This document shows positions 8,555 to 14,822 of a DNA stretch of 26,553 bases, in pieces. The translations under genes and the position numbers were made by a program. The stretch covers positions 1 to 26,553 of IMG/VR virus record IMGVR_UViG_3300043633_000107; one strand, given 5' to 3'. The notes under the pieces are model-generated. The model was not told where the DNA came from. It did not search any database and saw nothing but the letters and a program-made list of their open reading frames with translations. Position 1 is the first letter of the stretch, and every line of letters starts with the position of its first letter. Source of the stretch: a virus (lineage: Duplodnaviria > Caudoviricetes).

Positions 8555-8626
8555 TTGCCCCGGGCAGATTCGAACTGCCGACCTGAGAGTTATGAGCCCT
8601 CCGAGCTACCGCTGCTCTACGGAGCG
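8555..8626 (-). tRNA. tRNA-fMet (CAT), initiator type, CCA not encoded
   Basis: CGCTCCG TA GAGC AGCGGTA GCTC G GAGGG CTCATAA CTCTC AGGTC GGCAG TTCGAAT CTGCC CGGGGCA A; C1:A72 mismatch, A11-U24. Confidence 0.93.
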
Positions 8627-8704
8627 ATGTGCCGGGACCTCTTATCGCTCTTTGTTTTTAATCCCGGCATTTACTATTCGCCATTGGTAAAAAGAACTTT
8701 GTTT

Positions 8705-8735
8705 AAAAAAAGCCCCGCCCGAACCGCAGCGGGGC
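8705..8735 (-). terminator. Intrinsic terminator
   Basis: GCCCCGC/GCGGGGC stem followed by T7 on the minus strand. Confidence 0.8.
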
Positions 8736-8763
8736 CGCCACCATTATCTGCCTATGAAAAATT

Positions 8764-8961
8764 TTAACCTCGTTCTATAAAGCCAGGCTCATTCATTTTG
8801 CTCTGCACACCGGTGATCTGCACCTGAACTTCTACTCCACATCGCCTCAACAACTGCGCGTTAAATTGATTTTCCGCCCTTGTAGCATCAATTGACATAT
8901 CACCCAGGTCTGTTACAGTTGCGTAAGCCAGATTCCCATTTATAATTACTTCGACATTCAT
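8764..8961 (-). CDS. Hypothetical protein (MNVEVIING...)
   Basis: True start probably ATG 8961, overlapping the TGA of the upstream micro-ORF. Confidence 0.65.
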   Translation of the reverse strand: MNVEVIINGNLAYATVTDLGDMSIDATRAENQFNAQLLRRCGVEVQVQITGVQSKMNEPGFIERG

Positions 8962-9047
8962 GGCTTTGAAACAATTAAAAGTGAAATGACCAACGTTGCC
9001 AAACACACACAACCAATGCAGATTACTAAAACAGGTACAGGTATCAT
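8958..9047 (-). CDS. 29-aa single-TM micro-protein MIPVPVLVICIGCVCLATLVISLLIVSKP
   Basis: Not in the ORF track; ATGA overlaps at both ends; almost fully hydrophobic. Confidence 0.7.
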   Translation of the reverse strand: MIPVPVLVICIGCVCLATLVISLLIVSKP

Positions 9048-9328
9048 CCTACAGTTATTTCGTTTAGGTACTTTTCCAGATCAGGTTTCCAATATTGTAC
9101 AGATTTGCCCTTACCCTTTCTCCACTTAATGCAGCCCATCAGTTTGTTTCCTTTCAGATGTATTCTCAGATTTCGTAATTGCCTGGGCTTTACACCGATC
9201 ATTATGCCGGCCATTTCCTGCGTTATCCAATTGCCAACAATATTTTTTCCACAGATCAACTTTTTTATACTGTTGAACTCTTCCCTTACTTCCTGCCGGA
9301 ATTTTTTCATTTCAGTTTCCCAAACCAT
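9044..9328 (-). CDS. Excisionase-like/winged HTH DNA-binding protein
   Basis: WITQEMAGIMIGVKPRQLRNLR...VQYWKPDLEKYL, resembling MerR/Xis-type HTH. Confidence 0.65.
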   Translation of the reverse strand: MVWETEMKKFRQEVREEFNSIKKLICGKNIVGNWITQEMAGIMIGVKPRQLRNLRIHLKGNKLMGCIKWRKGKGKSVQYWKPDLEKYLNEITVG

Positions 9329-9335
9329 TGATTAA

Positions 9336-9683
9336 CTATTTTATAAGTTCTGTAATACAACAATTAGCATCCTCACCAACCATACTCCGCACTTCCTTTT
9401 TCACATCTTTCAGGTTCACCGCATCGATCAGGTGAAGTATCAGCATCAGGTGAAAAATATTTTTACCATCAAAGCCTTTAAATGATTTCAGCATCCTGGT
9501 AACTTTTGATTTGTCCGGGCTGATGATTCGGCGCTCTATTTTATCCTGCCAGAATAGAACTCCAACATCGCCACGGCGAAAGGTTAGCACGCCCAGGTCT
9601 TTATCATCGCTGACAAGTTTGTAACCATTGGCGGTCATATACTCACTTACTTCAGGGGAGAAAACAGATGGGTAAAATTGCAT
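9336..9683 (-). CDS. Hypothetical phage protein
   Basis: 115-aa ORF in early operon. Confidence 0.7.
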   Translation of the reverse strand: MQFYPSVFSPEVSEYMTANGYKLVSDDKDLGVLTFRRGDVGVLFWQDKIERRIISPDKSKVTRMLKSFKGFDGKNIFHLMLILHLIDAVNLKDVKKEVRSMVGEDANCCITELIK

Positions 9684-9692
9684 ATTAGGTTA

Positions 9693-9917
9693 TTAGTTTG
9701 GTTTTACTGGTTTGGATTTTATCATACGCTTTACATCTACCGCACCTACATGGACAGTTTCACCAACCTTCAAGGACAATACAGCTATCAACTCTTCACA
9801 GCTACACTGTGGCTCTTCAATCGCATTTGTCTTAATGAATTCTTTCAGGGAACAAGTCTCGTTGTCAACTTCAAGATCAACGTCCTCTATCAGAGTGTCC
9901 AGGCTGGGTTTGATCAT
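9693..9917 (-). CDS. Hypothetical phage protein
   Basis: 74-aa ORF in early operon with A-rich leader. Confidence 0.65.
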   Translation of the reverse strand: MIKPSLDTLIEDVDLEVDNETCSLKEFIKTNAIEEPQCSCEELIAVLSLKVGETVHVGAVDVKRMIKSKPVKPN

Positions 9918-9936
9918 GGTTCTGGTTTATTTATAT

Positions 9937-9969
9937 TTTGGTGGTGTGCTGAAAATGATGTTAATTTTG
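9937..9969 (+). promoter_or_regulatory. Bacteroidota-type promoter pointing through cro (antisense) toward cI; P_RE-like position
   Basis: TTTG (9937-9940) - N21 - TAATTTTG (9962-9969). Confidence 0.5.
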
Positions 9970-9987
9970 CGACTTTAAATCGCTATG

Positions 9988-10218
9988 TTAAGCCGCTACA
10001 CTGTCCGCCTTCTCCAATATTTCTGAATCATCAAAAATTCCCATGTCCTTTTTAATTACGACTATGGCCGCCGCTGTGGTAAGGGGACCGTTTACCTTGT
10101 TGGCATTCGCCAGCTCCCTTATCCACGTCTGCGTAAAGTCAAGCGCCGATGCGAGCAGAAGGCTCAATGGACTGTTCTTATCTAATATCCGCTGTATTAT
10201 TGTTTGTCGTAGTTTCAT
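9988..10218 (-). CDS. Cro-like small regulator
   Basis: Divergent from the repressor; LASALDFTQTWIREL HTH-like segment; start moved to ATG 10218. Confidence 0.7.
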   Translation of the reverse strand: MKLRQTIIQRILDKNSPLSLLLASALDFTQTWIRELANANKVNGPLTTAAAIVVIKKDMGIFDDSEILEKADSVAA

Positions 10219-10243
10219 ATATTCGTTTAAACTATTGTTGAAA

Positions 10244-10276
10244 CAAATGTATGGAATTGTTTGGACTAATTCCAAA
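10244..10276 (-). promoter_or_regulatory. Leftward early promoter overlapped by palindromic operator candidates
   Basis: Minus strand TTTG (10276-10273) - N21 - TACATTTG (10251-10244); overlapping inverted repeats TGGAATT/AATTCCA and GTTTGGA/TCCAAAC. Confidence 0.65.
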
Positions 10277-10315
10277 CTTTTATTAAACTATTTTTAATAA
10301 ACTTGATTCAAATCA

Positions 10316-10867
10316 ATGCCAAAACTTGACGATAAGGCCATCGCTAAGCGCTTACAAGAGGTAATTGATGATAAAAAATTAAAGAGTGAACGAGCTTTCG
10401 CATTGTCTATAAATGCAGACCCATCCTATCTTTCAAAGATATTAAAAGTACAAAAAACTATTACTGACAGTATATTGTCTGCACTGGAAAAAAAGTATAT
10501 GGTTAGAAGGGACTGGATTTTACATGGGACCGGGTTAAAATATGGTACAAATGTTCCACGTGAACTCACAGAATCATTGGTTAATGATTCATCAGCCGCT
10601 TATGGGCTCGATTACAAAGAAAAATATATAGCCCTTTTGGAGAAAGAGAATGCAAAAAAAGATGAAATAATAACTGTCAGTTTAACTGAGCTGGTGATGG
10701 GCCAGCGGATAAGCCAGGCGCATTTGAAAACTCTTTTGCAGATAACAGTGACCGAAACAGCGACAATGCAGGGGAAGGATCCTTCGAAAGCACTGGATGC
10801 AGCAAACAAAGTTGTAGCCGATACTTTTTTGGTAATTCAGAAAACGGGCACGGATGGGAGCATGTAG
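10316..10867 (+). CDS. CI-like XRE/HTH repressor
   Basis: RLQEVI...SERAFALSINADPSYLSKIL...DWILHGTG; helical C-terminus with no recognisable S24 peptidase. Confidence 0.82.
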   Translation: MPKLDDKAIAKRLQEVIDDKKLKSERAFALSINADPSYLSKILKVQKTITDSILSALEKKYMVRRDWILHGTGLKYGTNVPRELTESLVNDSSAAYGLDYKEKYIALLEKENAKKDEIITVSLTELVMGQRISQAHLKTLLQITVTETATMQGKDPSKALDAANKVVADTFLVIQKTGTDGSM

Positions 10868-11020
10868 CGCACATTGAAATATGTTCGGCACATTGGTTCA
10901 TGCTGGTTGGCTTAGCGGCCGCAGGTAGCTCGGGGATGGAGTTTACACAGGTGGGGAATAAATGTAACGAAGGAATTCAAAAAATAGTGTTAATTGAGAT
11001 CAACTTTTAAAACCTATCAA

Positions 11021-11281
11021 ATGGAAAAGAAACCGCAAAGAAGCCCAATGGGTAAAATAATCAAATGGATGTTCATTTTATTCAACATCGGAATGCTTAT
11101 CTGGCTAATTGGCGGTGTGAGTGATGCCAGCTCACACATTGATACTATAAAAAATGAAGATGAGAAAGCAGGCGCTGAAATAGGGACAGGAATTGGGGCT
11201 TTGGTAATCATATTTATTTGGGTCGCCGGCGATATTATACTTGGAATGCTTACATATTTTACAAGAGCTAAGAGATCATGA
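11021..11281 (+). CDS. Two-TM membrane protein (lysogeny region; possible superinfection exclusion)
   Basis: Two hydrophobic segments, GAEIGTGIG motif; ATG 11021; ATGA overlap with next gene. Confidence 0.75.
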   Translation: MEKKPQRSPMGKIIKWMFILFNIGMLIWLIGGVSDASSHIDTIKNEDEKAGAEIGTGIGALVIIFIWVAGDIILGMLTYFTRAKRS

Positions 11282-11547
11282 CCATTGGCGAAAAACTAAC
11301 AGCGTTACGCAGCCGAAAGGGATGGACCCAACCCGATTTTTGTAAAGCCTTCAACAAAAGGTACCCGGAGCTGGCCATCAAGAGGTCGAGGTATAGTAAA
11401 TGGGAGACAGACGAAAATTCGATGGAGATTGAAATGCTGAAAGCGGTGGTTACTTTTTACCAGGTAACAGCGGATGAAATGATCTTTGATCACAAGGTGC
11501 CGGAATTGCTAAAAAGGTTTAGCAAACGGCGATTCAGAATCGCATGA
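11278..11547 (+). CDS. XRE-family HTH protein
   Basis: IGEKLTALRSRKGWTQ...SRYSKWET...FYQVTADEMI. Confidence 0.85.
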   Translation: MTIGEKLTALRSRKGWTQPDFCKAFNKRYPELAIKRSRYSKWETDENSMEIEMLKAVVTFYQVTADEMIFDHKVPELLKRFSKRRFRIA

Positions 11548-11601
11548 TAACACTCATTGAAATTAGGTCTTTGATTATCAGCTATATTACTGCATATAAG
11601 A

Positions 11602-11619
11602 GAATCCCTGCGGGATCAC
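11602..11619 (+). other. Probable attP core: 3' end of a tRNA gene (GAAT CCCTG CGGGATC A C)
   Basis: T-loop end, 5-nt T-stem strand, 7-nt acceptor strand, discriminator; no 5' tRNA half upstream; just upstream of the integrase. Confidence 0.7.
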
Positions 11620-11633
11620 TTAATAAAATACAG

Positions 11634-11679
11634 TTAAATGCAGGATGGTCGCCACTTTCAGCGACCATCCTGCATTTAA
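11634..11679. terminator. Perfect 19-bp inverted repeat hairpin after the att core
   Basis: TTAAATGCAGGATGGTCGC - 8 nt loop - GCGACCATCCTGCATTTAA. Confidence 0.75.
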
Positions 11680-11745
11680 GGGAGGTGGGTGAACCTCGTT
11701 TATCTGGCAACGTGCGGTAATTGGCGGCACTTTACGACCATGATT

Positions 11746-11775
11746 GCGACACCTATGCAACACCCCCGCGACACC
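11746..11775 (+). repeat. Three GCRACACC direct repeats at 11-bp period (arm-type integrase sites)
   Basis: GCGACACC 11746, GCAACACC 11757, GCGACACC 11768. Confidence 0.65.
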
Positions 11776-11792
11776 CTTAAAATAATAACTGT

Positions 11793-12986
11793 ATGAATAA
11801 CATTTCCATTCTTGCACAGCTCAAAATAAGAGCTCCATTTGCTACTATCATCATTCGCGGATACTTCAACCGAAAGCCAGTAGCTTCTAAAAGTACCGGG
11901 TATAAGATCCTGCACTACCATTGGAACACTATTCTCCGCCGTGTGGCGCCATCAGCTCCCAATGCAGCACTTATAAATAGTAACCTGCACCGGCAACTGC
12001 AACAAATGGAAGCCTCGCTATTGCAAAAAGAACTGATGGGCGTGACATTAAATTCCCGGCACGTTAAAGAAGCTATCCTGGGACATCGGCAACACATAGA
12101 TTTTATTCAATATTGCAAGCAACGGATAAAGCAGGATTATACCAATGCCGGCACACAAGCAAAAATGGAAAGCCATTGTAGTAAACTGGAATCCTTCCGG
12201 AAACCGGTATTGTTCGCTGATATCGATGTAAAATTTTTGCGGGATTATAAAACACACATGGAGGAAAAACTCAAAAATAAAAAGAATACCATTTGGGGCA
12301 CATTCAAATTTGTAAACACCATGATCAATAAAGCGATGAAAGAAGGTGGTATTATACAAGCTAACCCCTTTAAAGAATTTGACCGTGGAGTTTATACCGA
12401 TACCATCAAACCGCACCTGCAGGTGGAGCATTGTAACAGGATCCATGAACTGATCGAAAACGAAAACACCAACCTGACGTTAAAGAAAGTAGCCATCAAA
12501 TTCATGCTGATGGTTTACTCCGGGATGCGATTCTCTGATGCCATGCGATTCAACCCGGATGTGCATACAGAGAATGGCCGGTTCGTTATGCAGTATAATA
12601 AATTCAGTGAGCAGGTAAATTATAAAATGCACGATCGGCTGCAACAAATAATTGAAAGGACAAAAGAATTTCCCCTGCAGATGTCGCTGAATTCATTTAA
12701 TGATTTTTTGAAAGTGATAGCCGTGGCAACCAATATCCCGATCAATCTTACATCGCATGTGGGAAGGCACACTATGGGCTTCCTGCTGTCTGAAATGGAT
12801 GTGCCCGAAGAGAAGGCCCGGTTAATATTAGGACATAAGGACCGCCGCAGTACCCGTACATATTATCATGTAACAGATGACCAGGTTGACCTGCAGGTGC
12901 AGAAACTAAATGGCCTGAATAAAAAGTCCCCTGTAGAAACAGGGGACGCAACCAAAACTAACTGCTATATGAGAAACAGTCTTTAA
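11793..12986 (+). CDS. int: Tyrosine integrase
   Basis: SGMRFSD (R), HVGRH (HxxR), LGH, TRTYY (Y); N-terminal arm-binding region (STGYKI...HW) and SAM-like domain. Confidence 0.95.
   Translation: MNNISILAQLKIRAPFATIIIRGYFNRKPVASKSTGYKILHYHWNTILRRVAPSAPNAALINSNLHRQLQQMEASLLQKELMGVTLNSRHVKEAILGHRQHIDFIQYCKQRIKQDYTNAGTQAKMESHCSKLESFRKPVLFADIDVKFLRDYKTHMEEKLKNKKNTIWGTFKFVNTMINKAMKEGGIIQANPFKEFDRGVYTDTIKPHLQVEHCNRIHELIENENTNLTLKKVAIKFMLMVYSGMRFSDAMRFNPDVHTENGRFVMQYNKFSEQVNYKMHDRLQQIIERTKEFPLQMSLNSFNDFLKVIAVATNIPINLTSHVGRHTMGFLLSEMDVPEEKARLILGHKDRRSTRTYYHVTDDQVDLQVQKLNGLNKKSPVETGDATKTNCYMRNSL
12921..12947 (-). terminator. Terminator of the late operon, embedded in the 3' end of int
   Basis: 9-bp stem GTCCCCTGT/ACAGGGGAC, 4-nt loop, T5 on the minus strand. 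Confidence 0.8.
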
Positions 12987-13499
12987 TTAAATCCTTTTCA
13001 TTTGAATGGTCATTTTGTTTGGCGCTACCCGGTTGCCTCCAAAATAAGGACCCAACAGGTACCCATTCTTTTTGCGATGGCCTTTTGATATAGCCGTCCG
13101 GGCAAACACATTCCCATTATCCACCTGCTTTACGTGGAAGAGATATTCGCTACTGGTAATCATCAGCACACAATCATATTTCCTGCCGGCTACCACTTCA
13201 CAGAGATCTTCCATTATTCGTTCCCCGTTGAGATAACAATAAGCTGAAAGAATGAACTTACTTTTACCCGGGTCAAATCGCCATCCGAATCTTGCACTAT
13301 TCCGATGCGGGCTTAAAGAATAGCTGATGCCAAATAATTTATTGTGATCGGCCTGATCATCGTCATGCAAGTTATATTTGGCGCTGAAGGAAAAGGTTAC
13401 CCGTCTGCCAATAGTAACAGGGTTGATCAGCAATAACCACCAGTGCAACCAGTACAATGGCCAGGCCCGGTGTGTTCCTTTATGGAAGGTGAAGGTCAT
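12987..13499 (-). CDS. Hypothetical protein, possible beta-jelly-roll (PL14-like) fold
   Basis: Start moved to ATG 13499 (ATGA overlap); NKLFG, SARFGWR, PYFGG motifs; fold guess is weak. Confidence 0.65.
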   Translation of the reverse strand: MTFTFHKGTHRAWPLYWLHWWLLLINPVTIGRRVTFSFSAKYNLHDDDQADHNKLFGISYSLSPHRNSARFGWRFDPGKSKFILSAYCYLNGERIMEDLCEVVAGRKYDCVLMITSSEYLFHVKQVDNGNVFARTAISKGHRKKNGYLLGPYFGGNRVAPNKMTIQMKRI

Positions 13500-13741
13500 A
13501 ACGCTAAATAAAATCCAAACCCAGCAGCGGCCCCAATTATAGCCCATAGCCATGTATCTTTCCATGCTGCACTTGTGAATAATTTTGCAAGTACAGATGC
13601 TCCAATACCACCCACCAGCATCATCAGCCACCAATAGCCAATGTAATTTCCAGTTAAGTACAGGAGTACAAAGTACACAAGTACAACTCCGATTCTTTTG
13701 ATGCCATCTAAGGCATTACCTGTTCCATCTTTGTTTGGCAT
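13496..13741 (-). CDS. Small 3-TM membrane protein
   Basis: Three hydrophobic segments in 81 aa. Confidence 0.7.
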   Translation of the reverse strand: MPNKDGTGNALDGIKRIGVVLVYFVLLYLTGNYIGYWWLMMLVGGIGASVLAKLFTSAAWKDTWLWAIIGAAAGFGFYLAL

Positions 13742-13769
13742 AAAATTTATTTTAAAGTGAATTAATTAC

Positions 13770-13877
13770 TTATTTCAAAGTGCATCCTGTCAATAGAATA
13801 ATAGTCACCATTATCGAAACCAGAACCGCCCCGGCAATCAGCCAGAAATAAGGGCCATGGGGTTTACGTATTTTCAT
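13770..13877 (-). CDS. 35-aa micro-protein with lipobox (MKIRKPHGPYFWLIAGAVLVSIMVTIILLTGCTLK)
   Basis: Not in the ORF track; fills the gap in the lysis cluster; basic N-region, hydrophobic core, LTGC. Confidence 0.6.
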   Translation of the reverse strand: MKIRKPHGPYFWLIAGAVLVSIMVTIILLTGCTLK

Positions 13878-13896
13878 GTCAATGCGTTTTATTTCT

Positions 13897-14175
13897 TTAG
13901 ACAGATGGATTCACGGTTATGCCCGCTTTCACTTTATCAATATCAGAATCCGCTTTATCTACATCTGATTTATCTTTTGAAGAACCAAAATAATAATTAC
14001 CCACTCCGACAACTATGCCCAAAACAAATCCAGCCGATAGCATTACGGCATCTTTGTTACTTGGCGGAATCGGAACAAATAGTAATGTGAACAGGTAGGC
14101 GAAGCCCAAGTAAATAATTGATAGCGCCAAAATACTTCTTACGTTCTTGGCGAATAATTCAAAAAAGTTTTTCAT
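13897..14175 (-). CDS. Holin-like two-TM protein
   Basis: Two TMs followed by YYFGSSK and a charged tail. Confidence 0.7.
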   Translation of the reverse strand: MKNFFELFAKNVRSILALSIIYLGFAYLFTLLFVPIPPSNKDAVMLSAGFVLGIVVGVGNYYFGSSKDKSDVDKADSDIDKVKAGITVNPSV

Positions 14176-14198
14176 GATTTTTGGTTTATAGTGAAAAA

Positions 14199-14528
14199 TT
14201 ATTTCGGTATCCTTGTTTCAAGATTAGTGAGCCGGATCTTTGTTTCCCGCTGATTCAATTCTATATCTGCCAGCCTGATATTAAGAATCCGGTCGGATTC
14301 CTTTTTATCAATTTCTTCCTGTTTTTTATCTGCCTTCATTTCAGTTAATAAATCGAAATTCAATTTGCTTTGACCGGACCCGTTATTAATTTTAGAGATA
14401 ATGGAAAAATACATGATCACGACTGCAGCAGTTGCAGTGATGACCGTAATAATTACTTTCCAGGTTATGCCCGGGATGACACGATCTGTCAATGGTATTA
14501 CTGCTTTTGTTTTTTTTACTGCTGGCAT
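14199..14528 (-). CDS. Single-TM coiled-coil protein (lysis-cluster accessory)
   Basis: N-terminal TM plus heptad-rich C-terminus. Confidence 0.7.
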   Translation of the reverse strand: MPAVKKTKAVIPLTDRVIPGITWKVIITVITATAAVVIMYFSIISKINNGSGQSKLNFDLLTEMKADKKQEEIDKKESDRILNIRLADIELNQRETKIRLTNLETRIPK

Positions 14529-14540
14529 AATTTTTTTGTT

Positions 14541-14822
14541 TTATTCATTAGGTTGTTCAAATAGTATAGTTATGATATCTCCATAGGCTTTCTTGCCATC
14601 AACTTCAAAATAACTCTGGACCGTCCAGTATCCGACTGCATTTATATCGCCGGCCTGTAACTGATATCTCAACTTCGTTCCGGTGATGGTAGCCACCCAT
14701 GCCCCGGTTGTTTTATCCGGCCTTCTGAAAAGGATCTTCTGGTTTGTTGCCGTTGCCAGATCATAACCCGTATCCAGCTCAATGGGCGCCAGCGTTTGTC
14801 CTTTATATATTTTATGGCTCAT
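14541..14822 (-). CDS. Small Ig-like/BppU-N-like structural protein
   Basis: DLATAT...RPD...W.A...LRY...GDIN..G.W..Q pattern. Confidence 0.65.
   Translation of the reverse strand: MSHKIYKGQTLAPIELDTGYDLATATNQKILFRRPDKTTGAWVATITGTKLRYQLQAGDINAVGYWTVQSYFEVDGKKAYGDIITILFEQPNE

Noticed and set aside
8549-8767. 72-aa + strand ORF (and ORFs 8320-8520, 8342-8548)
   Set aside because: Antisense shadows of the tRNA and structured region; LPRADSNCRP is typical reverse-tRNA translation
11602-11619. Complete tRNA gene
   Set aside because: Only the 3' ~18 nt are present; upstream sequence cannot form D or anticodon arms
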